64,000 nt of DNA from Gemmatimonadales bacterium (GTDB lineage Bacteria > Gemmatimonadota > Gemmatimonadetes > Gemmatimonadales > GWC2-71-9). A program made the position numbers and the translations under genes. Shown piece after piece: positions 55,745 to 64,000 of the stretch (its first letter is position 1; every line of letters begins with the position of its first letter). The DNA lies in contig JBQCGH010000030.1 of NCBI GenBank assembly GCA_051955835.1, forward strand, positions 3,688 through 67,687, in the 5' to 3' direction. The notes below the pieces were generated by a model. It searched no databases. It was not told the DNA's origin and saw only the letters and a program-made list of their open reading frames with translations.

Positions 55745-58291
55745 ATGGCCGAACGAATGACCTTGCCAGTGCTGCCTCTCAGAGAGGTGGTGCTGTTCCC
55801 GGGGGTGACCGCCCCGATCGGCGCCGGCCGCCCCGCGACCTTGCGCGCTATCGAGGCCGCACTCGCCACGCCGGAGCGGCTCGTGTTCGCTGTGTCCCAG
55901 CGGCAGAACGTCGAGAGCGTGAACCCGGACGTTCTTTATACCATCGGAACAATCGCGAAGATCGGGCAGTTGCAGCGGGGCCTGTCGGGCATGCAGCTCC
56001 TTCTGCACGGCGAGCAACGCGGCATCGCGATCCACTACAGCGAGCGCGAAGGCTACCTCCAGGCGGTGGTCCGCGAGGCCGAGGAGATGCTGCCCATCAA
56101 CCCCGAGGATCCGGCGTTCGTGGCCCTCCATCGGGAGGCGCGCGCCCGGGCCGCGGAGCTGGGCCAGAAGTCCGGCCTGCCGGACGAAGTCGTTCAGCAG
56201 GTGCTGGCGGGCGTCAACGAGCCCGGCCGGTTCGCCGACCTGGTGGCGGGCTACATCGACATCACGCCACCGCAGCGGCAGGCGCTGCTCGAGACGCTGA
56301 GCGTCGAGGAGCGGCTTCGCCGGGTATTGGTGCACGTCCAGCGGCAGATCGGCGTGCTCGATGCCCAAGAGGACATCAAGTCGCAGGTGCAGGAGGAGCT
56401 GGGCGAGCGGCAGCGCGAGATGTTCCTGCGCGAGCAGCTCAAGACCATCCAGCGCGAGCTGGGCGAAGGCGACGAGCGCGACGACCTCCAGGAGCTGCGG
56501 GAGAAGATCGAGTCGCTCGACCTGCCGCCGGATGCCCGGAAGGAGGTCGACCGGGAGTTCAGCCGGCTCACGCGCATCGGCCGCGAGTCGATGGAGAGCC
56601 AGGTCATCCGGACGTTCCTCGAGAACGTGGTGGAGTTGCCGTGGAACGTGCGAAGCAAGGAGCATCTCTCGCTTCCCGAGGCCCAGACGATTCTCGACGA
56701 GGATCACTATGCCCTCGGCGACGTGAAAGACCGCGTGCTCGAGTTCTTGGCGGTGCGGCAGCTGCGCATGCAGCAGGACGGCGCTGCCGAGACGGGCGAG
56801 GCCGATGAGGTCAAGGCCGAGCGGAAGGCGGCGGAAGTAGCCGAGGGCGAGTCCACCAACGCGCCGCAGGCCACGGCCACCATCCCAGGCCCGAACACGG
56901 CGGTGAAAGGCAACGACGACGACCGGGCCCGCGGCCCGATCCTGCTGTTCGTCGGACCGCCCGGCGTCGGCAAGACGTCCGTGGCGAAGAGCATTGCCCG
57001 GGCGATGGGGCGGACGTACGTCCGTATCTCACTCGGCGGGGCGCGCGACGAGGCCGACATCCGCGGTCACCGGCGCACCTACGTGGGTGCTATGCCCGGG
57101 CGCATCCTCCAGGGGATGAAACAGGCGGGCACGAAGAACCCCGTGTTCCTGCTCGACGAGGTGGACAAGCTCGGCGTCTCCTTCCAGGGAGACCCGGCGA
57201 GCGCGCTGCTCGAGGTGCTCGACCCGGCCCAGAACGACTCGTTCGTGGACCACTACCTGGGCGTGCCATTCGACCTGAGCGAGGTCTTGTTCATCGCTAC
57301 GGCCAACTTCATCCAGAACATCCCCGGGCCGCTGCTCGACCGGATGGAAGTGGTGGAATTCGCGGGCTACACCGAGCGGGAGAAGCAGGAAATCGCCCGG
57401 AAGTACCTCATCCCGCGGCAGTTCACCGAGAACGGCGTAAGTCCCGGGAACCTCGCGATCGCCGAGGACGCCCTGGCGGAAGTCATTACCAGCTACACCC
57501 GCGAGAGCGGGGTGCGTCAGCTCGAGCGGGAGATCGGCCGACTGGCGCGCAAGGTGGCGCGCAAGTTCGCTTCGGGCGAGACCGGGCCGATCACCGTGGA
57601 CAAGGCGATGGTGGACGACCTGCTCGGCCGTCCGAAGGTCCATCCCGAGAAGATGGCGCGCCACGACGAGGTCGGGGTCGCGACCGGGATGTACTACACC
57701 CCGACGGGCGGTGACATCATGTTCGTCGAGGCGAGCACGATGCGCGGCAAGGGCGAGCTGGTCCTCACGGGCCAGCTGGGCGACGTCATGAAGGAGTCGG
57801 CCCGCGCCGCCTGGACCTACGCCCGTTCCCACGCGGCGGGGCTCCAGATCCCGGACGAGATGTTCGACCGGGACCTCCACATCCACGTACCGGCGGGCGC
57901 GATCCCCAAGGATGGGCCGTCGGCCGGGGTGACGATGGCGAGCGCGGTGGTGAGCACGCTGTCGGGACGCGCCGTGCGTCACGACATCGCCATGACCGGC
58001 GAGATCACGCTTCGGGGGCGGGTGCTCCCGATCGGCGGCGTGAAGGAAAAGGTGCTGGGCGCGGTCCGGGCGGGCATTACCCGGATCATTCTCCCCCGGG
58101 AGAACGAGCCCGACCTCGAGGATCTGCCCCAGGAAGTGCGCGACAAGATCGAGGTGCACCTGGTCTCGGAACTGGGCGAGGTGCTCGCGCTCACGCTCCG
58201 GGGCGCCACTTTCCGCGAAGGCCGACTCCTGTTTGGGGATGAGAAGAACCCCCGCGACGTCATGCCGCTGTCGGGAGGATTCCGGCACTAG
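55745..58291 (+). CDS. lon: ATP-dependent Lon protease
   Basis: 848-aa ORF; GGAAGGAG precedes the ATG. It has an N-terminal LON domain and Walker A GPPGVGKTS. The protease site is PKDGPSAGVTM, with the catalytic Ser in the GPSAG context. Confidence 0.95.
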   Translation: MAERMTLPVLPLREVVLFPGVTAPIGAGRPATLRAIEAALATPERLVFAVSQRQNVESVNPDVLYTIGTIAKIGQLQRGLSGMQLLLHGEQRGIAIHYSEREGYLQAVVREAEEMLPINPEDPAFVALHREARARAAELGQKSGLPDEVVQQVLAGVNEPGRFADLVAGYIDITPPQRQALLETLSVEERLRRVLVHVQRQIGVLDAQEDIKSQVQEELGERQREMFLREQLKTIQRELGEGDERDDLQELREKIESLDLPPDARKEVDREFSRLTRIGRESMESQVIRTFLENVVELPWNVRSKEHLSLPEAQTILDEDHYALGDVKDRVLEFLAVRQLRMQQDGAAETGEADEVKAERKAAEVAEGESTNAPQATATIPGPNTAVKGNDDDRARGPILLFVGPPGVGKTSVAKSIARAMGRTYVRISLGGARDEADIRGHRRTYVGAMPGRILQGMKQAGTKNPVFLLDEVDKLGVSFQGDPASALLEVLDPAQNDSFVDHYLGVPFDLSEVLFIATANFIQNIPGPLLDRMEVVEFAGYTEREKQEIARKYLIPRQFTENGVSPGNLAIAEDALAEVITSYTRESGVRQLEREIGRLARKVARKFASGETGPITVDKAMVDDLLGRPKVHPEKMARHDEVGVATGMYYTPTGGDIMFVEASTMRGKGELVLTGQLGDVMKESARAAWTYARSHAAGLQIPDEMFDRDLHIHVPAGAIPKDGPSAGVTMASAVVSTLSGRAVRHDIAMTGEITLRGRVLPIGGVKEKVLGAVRAGITRIILPRENEPDLEDLPQEVRDKIEVHLVSELGEVLALTLRGATFREGRLLFGDEKNPRDVMPLSGGFRH

Positions 58292-58308
58292 CGCCGCCAC
58301 GGCGATCG

Positions 58309-58375
58309 GAAAAGCGAACAGGGCTTGGTGGCGAGGCCGACATTTCACCCCTCCACCAGGCCCTGTTCGCTTTTC
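58309..58375. terminator. bidirectional intrinsic terminator between lon and the GGDEF gene
   Basis: 23-bp stem: GAAAAGCGAACAGGGCTTGGTGG (58309-58331) pairs with CCACCAGGCCCTGTTCGCTTTTC (58353-58375), with one G-U pair. An A-tract and a T-tract at the stem ends give a U-run in either direction. Confidence 0.8.
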
Positions 58376-58393
58376 AGGTGTGTCTGACCCCGG

Positions 58394-59956
58394 TCAGCCC
58401 TTCGCCGCCTTCTCCCGCTGCATCGCTCGCACCGCCGCATGCACCAGCTCCCCGGCGGTGGTGCCGTGGCCGGGAAAGCAGGCCCAGCCGACGCTCACGT
58501 GCAGCGGGATGATGACGCCTTCGGCGGTCGTTGCCGACTGTTCGCCCAGCACGCGCCGCAGTTTCGCGGCGACGACGGCGGCACCGTCGGCGCCGACCCC
58601 CCGCAACACCATCGCGAACTCTTCTCCCCCGAACCGGCCGATCAGATCGCTCGCGCGCACGTTGGCGCGGAAGACGTTTGCGATGTGGCGCAACACCTGA
58701 TCACCCACCAGATGGCCGAACTGCTCGTTCACGTCGTGAAAACGATCGAAGTCGAAGACGAGGAGCGAGAGTGCCCCGCCATGGCGGCGACCGTAGTCCA
58801 CTGCGTACTCCAGCTCGCCCACGATCGTGGCGTGGTTGAGCAATCCGGTCAGGGGATCACGCAGGAGGAGCTCGCGAAGTCGGCGACCCCGCTCCGCGCG
58901 CATTACGACCGTCTGCAGCAGCAGCTCGGCATCGGGAGGTGCCGTGAGGTAGTCGTCCGCTCCCGCCTGGAGCGCCGCAATCCGCTCTGGCACATCGTCG
59001 GGTCCCAGGAAGACGATGGGCATCATTCGGAAGCGCGGGTCCTCCCGGACGATCCGCGCCACCGTTGCGCCGCTGCCGTCGGGCAGGGTGGTGGCGAGAA
59101 CCATGAGCCCGGGCACCTCGCGGTCCAGCAGCTCCTGCACCGCTTGCGCCAGGGCGCAGCGCACGACCCGGATGTTCGCCTCCTCGAGGCTGCGGGCGAC
59201 CGTGGCCGCCCGCTCCGTGTCATGCTCCACCAGGAGAATGCTGGACGGGGGTGCGCCCGCCTGCGCCAGCGTGCGGGCGTAGCGTGGCAGGTCTTCGAGC
59301 ACGCGCTCGACCGCGACGACGGCGTCGATACCCGACGCGATCGCGCGCAGGCGGTCCACCGCACGCAGGGTTTCGATCAGGACCACCGCCCGTGGACGAA
59401 CGCTCCGTGCCGTCCACATGGACGCGATCGCCGAGGGGTCGCCCTCGCCGGCAGCCGTGCCGATCACCAGGAGATCCGGCCGCTCGCCCGGAGGTATCGC
59501 CGCGGGATCGTCGTGCCGGTCGCCGCGCCGGACATGGTACCCCTCAGCCTCGAGGGAGGCGACAAGGCGATCGGCATCGGGTGATGGCGGCATGATGAGG
59601 ATGGCCCGTCGCCGCCCGTCCGTCGTCCGAGGGGGAGCGCCGAGGGCCGCCTGGGCCCGGCGGAACAGGGCGGCGAGGCGATCGACCGCCGCATCCAAAC
59701 GAGGCGACTCGCCCGGGGCCGGCTTGGTCGCCATCCACTGCTCCATCTCGCGCGCTACGATGCTGATCTCGGGGAAGCCATGCGACCCACCGGAGCCCGC
59801 GAGCCGGTGAAAGCGGGTCTTGAGAGACGCCGCCGCTTCGGGCCTCAGCGCACGAAAGGCGGAGATATCGGCACGGAGCTCGTCGAGGCGCTCGGGGAAT
59901 TCGGCCAGATACTCGCGCTGCAGCTCGGCCATCGCGGCATGAAGAGGTTCTGTCAT
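58394..59956 (-). CDS. Hpt - two degenerate receiver-like domains - GGDEF diguanylate cyclase
   Basis: ATG 59956 within ORF 58394..60022 (520 aa). Hpt region: KTRFHRLAGSGGSHGF. The receiver-like segments have LLVIGTAAG and LMVLATTLPDGSG (no acceptor Asp), and YLTAP (no Lys). The GGDEF domain carries the active-looking GGEEF and an RASD I-site 5 residues upstream. Confidence 0.88.
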   Translation of the reverse strand: MTEPLHAAMAELQREYLAEFPERLDELRADISAFRALRPEAAASLKTRFHRLAGSGGSHGFPEISIVAREMEQWMATKPAPGESPRLDAAVDRLAALFRRAQAALGAPPRTTDGRRRAILIMPPSPDADRLVASLEAEGYHVRRGDRHDDPAAIPPGERPDLLVIGTAAGEGDPSAIASMWTARSVRPRAVVLIETLRAVDRLRAIASGIDAVVAVERVLEDLPRYARTLAQAGAPPSSILLVEHDTERAATVARSLEEANIRVVRCALAQAVQELLDREVPGLMVLATTLPDGSGATVARIVREDPRFRMMPIVFLGPDDVPERIAALQAGADDYLTAPPDAELLLQTVVMRAERGRRLRELLLRDPLTGLLNHATIVGELEYAVDYGRRHGGALSLLVFDFDRFHDVNEQFGHLVGDQVLRHIANVFRANVRASDLIGRFGGEEFAMVLRGVGADGAAVVAAKLRRVLGEQSATTAEGVIIPLHVSVGWACFPGHGTTAGELVHAAVRAMQREKAAKG

Positions 59957-60639
59957 GGTCTGCCGCGAACCTGTTCCAGCGCAAGGCGGGCGCCCGCCAC
60001 GAAGGCCGGTCCGGTGCTCCAATGCCCACGGACCTGCGTGCCCTGTCGGGCCGCCATCAAGGCGCTCTTGTCGTCGACCACGCTAATGATCGGCATGCCC
60101 GGCCAGCGGTTGGAACCGGCCACGACCTCGACGACCCCAAAGCCGAGCTCCACAGGGCTGGTCGCACAAAGGACGAGGGGAATCCCGGTCGCGTACGGAC
60201 GCCGGAGGGCCGGGGCCAGGAGAGGAAACGCGTCCGACGGTGCCAGCAGTGCGACCGAGGCTGTGGCCCGGGTAACGTCATGACTGATGAGCTGGAGCAC
60301 GGCCCGTCCGGATTCTACCTCGACCAGGGTGGTCGTCGCGGGGACCGTCACCGCATCGAGGTCGCTGCTCAGTCGTTCCATGGCGAGGCCGTGGTCGGTC
60401 GAAATGCGTGCGATCAGCGCCGCAGGGGTCTCTGGACGGTAGCGCTTAGGCCGTCCGCCCTCGACCCGGGCCGCTCCCTTCGCCACCAGCCCTTCCAAGG
60501 CACTGTACGCGTTGGCCCTTGCGAGCCCGGCAGAGCGAGCGATGGCGTACCCGGTACCCGGACCACCCGTCAGCAATACCTCGTAGACGAGGCTCTCGGT
60601 GGGGGTAAAGCCGAAGTGCGTGAGATTGATGCGGGGCAT
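59953..60639 (-). CDS. TrmB-family HTH transcriptional regulator
   Basis: 228-aa ORF. The N-terminal winged HTH is LTHFGFTPTESLVYEVLLTGGPGTGYAIARSAGLARANAYSALEGLVAKG. Its stop overlaps the GGDEF gene start (ATGA). Confidence 0.8.
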   Translation of the reverse strand: MPRINLTHFGFTPTESLVYEVLLTGGPGTGYAIARSAGLARANAYSALEGLVAKGAARVEGGRPKRYRPETPAALIARISTDHGLAMERLSSDLDAVTVPATTTLVEVESGRAVLQLISHDVTRATASVALLAPSDAFPLLAPALRRPYATGIPLVLCATSPVELGFGVVEVVAGSNRWPGMPIISVVDDKSALMAARQGTQVRGHWSTGPAFVAGARLALEQVRGRP

Positions 60640-60688
60640 GGTGAGTAGTTTGCAATACTACGTCTGTTCCCGCAACCGCCAGGTGCGA

Positions 60689-61960
60689 TTAGACGTAGTC
60701 CAGCGCCCACCCCAGTTGCTTCGTGATCAGCGCCAGCCGGAAGGTGACATCGACTTCCCGTCCCTCGGGCGTTTTCGCGTCCACCTGCAGCGGATAGTAG
60801 TGGTAGGTGATCTTGTTGATGGCCTTGGGCTGCGACCGCAGGTTCTTCGGCCGCCAGATCCCGAGCTCATCGCACTCCTTGAGCAGCCGGCCCAACACTC
60901 GTGTGGCGACCGGGGCCCATGGCAACGCCCCCATTCGAGCCATCAGCTCGATGTAGTGGAGCGCCAACGGAATGTCCTTCGGCTGACCCTTGGTGTCTGC
61001 CTGGATGGGGTCGCCCAGCAGGAGATGCTGCGGCTTGACGGTACGCTTCCCCACCTGAATGGCGTACGCCTTCTTCGGTGCTGGCTGCGCCAGGTAGTGC
61101 CCGAGGCGCTCGGTGAAGCCGGCGCGCTCGCGCTGGAGATTGGGCATGGATGCCAGCATCGCCACCGAGTACCAGCTTGGGGGATGCGCCTCGGCGTGCA
61201 GTACGATCTGGCTGCCCGACTTGACGAACGGCTTCTCGGCAACGGGGCTGCGAAGAAACTGGGAGATGGCGTTGGCGATCTTATGCCCCGAGCCGCGAAG
61301 GCGGGGGTCGTCCGCATATCCAGCCTCCGCCAGTGCGGCCGAGGCTGCCTCGCGCATGATGTCCCGCGCCCAGAGCTCGGCGCCGGGGTCCAGCTTCGCG
61401 GTTTTCTGGAATTCGAACAGGAGCGAGGGGTCCTCGTCCCGGCTCAAGAGCCGAAACAGCACCCGATCGGCCAGTTTGAACGGGCGGCTGGTCCGTGGCC
61501 AGCCGAGTTGAAGCAGGCGGCGGTACTGGGGAATGGTCCCGACGTCCTTGATGCCCTGGGCAGCCGAAGGCGCCAGGCCAAGCAAGTTGCCACCCCAGGC
61601 CCCCGAGTCCTTCTGCTTTTTCACAACCGCCAGCGCCGCCTTCGACTCGACCACGGCGGTCAGCGCATTGGCGACGGTGTCGGGCGTGACGTACCCCGCC
61701 GGGGCGAGCTCGGTGTAGGTGCGGTACCGGATCGATGGCCCGGCGTTTTCAAGCAGCCAGGTGAGCGGAATCCGGTGCTGGTTGGGCAGATCCAGAAACG
61801 CTCCTGGGGCGGGGGTCAGGGCGTAAGCGGCCGGGAAGATAGGCGAGACCTCCCCATGACGGTAGGGCGTTCGTAGGGGGCGGCCCCTGAACGAGACTAC
61901 TTCGTGGATACCCCCAATCGCTTTTCGGCGGCCAGACGGAACTCCGAGCCGGCATTCCAC
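60689..61960 (-). CDS. hypothetical protein (423 aa), lower G+C, no confident family
   Basis: Long ORF with GTG start and TAA stop, and plausible codon usage. Two hand-counted lines give G+C of about 58-63%. The only motif hint is KKQKDSGAWGGNLLG, which resembles the QxxDGxWG repeat of alpha/alpha-toroid prenyltransferase/terpene-cyclase folds. Confidence 0.6.
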   Translation of the reverse strand: MECRLGVPSGRRKAIGGIHEVVSFRGRPLRTPYRHGEVSPIFPAAYALTPAPGAFLDLPNQHRIPLTWLLENAGPSIRYRTYTELAPAGYVTPDTVANALTAVVESKAALAVVKKQKDSGAWGGNLLGLAPSAAQGIKDVGTIPQYRRLLQLGWPRTSRPFKLADRVLFRLLSRDEDPSLLFEFQKTAKLDPGAELWARDIMREAASAALAEAGYADDPRLRGSGHKIANAISQFLRSPVAEKPFVKSGSQIVLHAEAHPPSWYSVAMLASMPNLQRERAGFTERLGHYLAQPAPKKAYAIQVGKRTVKPQHLLLGDPIQADTKGQPKDIPLALHYIELMARMGALPWAPVATRVLGRLLKECDELGIWRPKNLRSQPKAINKITYHYYPLQVDAKTPEGREVDVTFRLALITKQLGWALDYV

Positions 61961-62147
61961 TTGGGCTGTTCCGAGGCATCGCTCAGGACCAGTGCTGCAC
62001 GGACGATGACGCGTAACTGTTGCACCGCGTTAATTGAACCAGGGTTGGAGCTGGGTGGCTCGGCTAGTGGTACCGGCCTGCCAAGGCGAGAACGTTTGCG
62101 CCCGACGATTCCACGCGGTCTGACGTTCCAACCAGGCCGGCAGGGAC

Positions 62148-62897
62148 CTAGAGCCGGAGCCGCTTGAACAGCCGCTCGGGGACGGCGCGTATCACGAACA
62201 TGATCGGGCGCCAGAACCATGGCACGTACGCGACGTCGAGGCGGCGCTCGATCGCACGGTGCACGGCCCGCCCAGCCCGCCGAGCACTCACGAACAGCGG
62301 CCCCTGCGCGAGGCCGGCTGTCATCGGTGTGTCGACGAAACCGGGCTTCACGGTGATCACCGCGACGCCCGATCGGTACAGCCGATTGCGGAGTCCCTGG
62401 AGGAACCGGTCCAGGCCACCCTTGGCGGCACCATACACGTAATTGCTCTGCCGGCCGCGGTCGCCTGCCACCGAGCCGATCACGGCGATGCAGCCCTTAC
62501 CCGCGCCCTCGAAGCGGTTGGCGAGCGGGGTCAGCAGGGCGACCACTCCGGTGAAATTCACATCGAGCGCGGCGAGAGCCGCGTCCACATCGGTTTGACA
62601 GCGGGACTGGTCGGGCAGCACGCCCGGAGCCAGCAGTGCCACGTCCAGGCCGCCGAATGCGTTCCACGCTTCGGCGATGGCCCGTTCGCTTCCCGCGTAA
62701 TCGGTCACGTCGAGCGTCATCGCGCGCACGTCCGACGCGCCGCGCACGCGCAGGTCGGCGGCCACCGCGTCGGCTCGCTCGGGCGTTCGCGCCGTGACGA
62801 CGAGCCTGGCCCCCCGCTCGGCGTAGGCACGGGCCGTTTCGGTCGCGATCGCCGAGCTCGCGCCCACGATGAGGACCCGGAGATGGTCAGGCGGCAC
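62148..62897 (-). CDS. short-chain dehydrogenase, DprE2-like (decaprenylphospho-erythro-pentofuranosid-2-ulose 2-reductase family)
   Basis: ORF 62148..62975. GTG 62897 gives 249 aa, about the size of DprE2. Motifs: VLIVGASSAIA (TGxxxGxG-like), YGAAKGGL (YxxxK), and the C-terminal tail VPWFWRPIMFVIRAVPERLFKRL typical of this subgroup. It overlaps the upstream gene's end by 11 nt. Confidence 0.8.
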   Translation of the reverse strand: MPPDHLRVLIVGASSAIATETARAYAERGARLVVTARTPERADAVAADLRVRGASDVRAMTLDVTDYAGSERAIAEAWNAFGGLDVALLAPGVLPDQSRCQTDVDAALAALDVNFTGVVALLTPLANRFEGAGKGCIAVIGSVAGDRGRQSNYVYGAAKGGLDRFLQGLRNRLYRSGVAVITVKPGFVDTPMTAGLAQGPLFVSARRAGRAVHRAIERRLDVAYVPWFWRPIMFVIRAVPERLFKRLRL

Positions 62898-64000
62898 GGA
62901 CCCGTCGCCAGAACGAGGAGGAGAATCGTGGGTCGCGCTGGGACTCGAGCCGGTCAGCGGCTGGAAAGAACGCACGAAAGCTGGCGGGGCTCATCCGGGC
63001 GTCCTTGGCTGGATAGACGGCCCCGCCTGCCGCGGCCACGATGGCATCGAGCTCGTCAAGCAATCGCAGGGTGGATGGCCCCCGGAACGGAAAATCCACG
63101 GCTAGCGTGAGACCCGGACGAGGAAACGAGAGCCAGCCCGGCGAGCGAGCCGCTCCGAACCGCTTGAGAACGGCCAAGCTAGCCGCCTCGCCCGACCGTG
63201 CAATCCGGTCGAACAGGGTCCGGATCGCTTCTCCGCCGGGCGTGTCGGGCACGACACATTGGTACTGGACGAATCCGTTCGGGCCGTAGAGCCGGCTCCA
63301 ATCGCCCACCACATCGAGCGGAAAGAAGAACGGCGGGTACGGTACGGTGGCGCGGCGGCGGGCGCGAAGGCCGGCGCGATAGTATGCCTCGTTGAAGAGG
63401 CTCATCGTGGCGGCGTTCACCAGTCCGCGCGGCGCGTCCGCTCGGACGCGGATGCGCGGCGGCGCGAGGGGCGAGGCGGACGGCCCATCGAGTGGCGCAT
63501 GGTCGCCCCGAAGGTAGATCCCCCGCCCCAAGCGGCGGCCCCGCGCCAGACAGTCCACCCAGGCCACCGTATACTCGTAATCCGCGTCCTGGGTGGCGAG
63601 CTCCAGAAATCCGTCCAGGCTGGGGAACCGTATTCGCTCCATCGTGATGCCAGTGCCGGGCACCTGCTTGAGCGCGACCTCGGCCCAAAGGATGACCCCG
63701 GTGAGGCCGAGACCGCCGACGGTGGCTTGGAAGATTGGATCTGCCGGGGTGCAGGTGATCCGCTCGCCCGTCGAGCGCAGCAGCTCGAGTCGCCGGACGT
63801 GCGCGCCGAACGTGCCTGCCCGATGATGGTTCTTGCCGTGAATGTCGTTGGCGATGGCGCCGCCCACCGAGACCCACCGAGTACCCGGCACGACGGGAAG
63901 GAACCAGCCTCGCGGAACCACCAGGTCGAGGATCTGGGCCAGGGTAACGCCCGCCTCGCACCGCACCACTCCGGTATCAGGGTCGAAGGCGATGAGTCGG
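62887..64000 (-). CDS. FAD-linked oxidase, DprE1-like (decaprenylphosphoryl-beta-D-ribose 2'-oxidase family); N-terminus lies beyond the window end
   Basis: The frame is open to the window edge. Motifs VSVGGAIANDIHGKNHH, ATVGGLGLTG, EYTVAWVD, GFVQYQCVVP, LAVDFP and GGAVYPAKD align by eye with M. tuberculosis DprE1 as I remember it. Confidence 0.85.
   Translation of the reverse strand, partial: RLIAFDPDTGVVRCEAGVTLAQILDLVVPRGWFLPVVPGTRWVSVGGAIANDIHGKNHHRAGTFGAHVRRLELLRSTGERITCTPADPIFQATVGGLGLTGVILWAEVALKQVPGTGITMERIRFPSLDGFLELATQDADYEYTVAWVDCLARGRRLGRGIYLRGDHAPLDGPSASPLAPPRIRVRADAPRGLVNAATMSLFNEAYYRAGLRARRRATVPYPPFFFPLDVVGDWSRLYGPNGFVQYQCVVPDTPGGEAIRTLFDRIARSGEAASLAVLKRFGAARSPGWLSFPRPGLTLAVDFPFRGPSTLRLLDELDAIVAAAGGAVYPAKDARMSPASFRAFFPAADRLESQRDPRFSSSFWRRVRAA

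Noticed and set aside
1-64000. Window-wide look for CRISPR arrays, rRNA, intact tRNAs (GGTTCGAnTCC and its complement), IS inverted repeats, integrases, transposases and toxin-antitoxin pairs.
   Set aside because: None was recognised by eye apart from the tRNA-Cys fragment at 2308-2349. Absence by eye is weak evidence and should be confirmed with tRNAscan-SE, Infernal/Rfam, ISEScan and a CRISPR finder.

Overview
This window is a very GC-rich bacterial chromosomal segment; hand-counted 60-nt lines are mostly about 65-78% G+C. I call about 54 protein genes. I see no rRNA, no intact tRNA, no CRISPR array and no recognisable transposase or integrase.

The gene content suggests a high-GC member of the FCB group, possibly Gemmatimonadota-like. 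The supporting genes are a SusC/SusD pair, a fused E1 alpha/beta dehydrogenase, YtxJ, many Ser/Thr kinases and a Kgd-type oxoglutarate dehydrogenase. This taxonomic call is inference only.

Core metabolism and housekeeping:
- tkt-tal plus a DAACS symporter
- Kgd/OdhA-type 2-oxoglutarate dehydrogenase
- glpD
- a fadI/fadJ-like pair
- proline dehydrogenase
- Lon, RsgA, GluQRS and a cyclophilin

Accessory and signalling genes:
- two Ser/Thr kinases
- four receiver-domain proteins, three of which lack the canonical phospho-accepting Asp
- an Hpt-pseudoREC-GGDEF protein behind a TrmB-like regulator
- three membrane-anchored cupredoxins
- two M61 peptidases
- a bacterial topoisomerase IB, a dynamin-like GTPase, an FRG-domain protein and a small HNH nuclease
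- a DprE1/DprE2-like pair

Most notable observations:
- The left 2.3 kb has clearly lower G+C and ends at a 3' fragment of tRNA-Cys followed by an intrinsic terminator. This looks like the edge of an integrated element.
- An orphan LytTR regulator has Glu at the phospho-site. It is translationally coupled to a small lipoprotein, sits divergent from an STK-TPR kinase, and lies next to the SusCD locus.
- A lower-GC cluster runs DprE1/DprE2, then an unassigned 423-aa protein, then TrmB, then Hpt-GGDEF.

All family calls come from motifs I recognised by eye. No database search was run.
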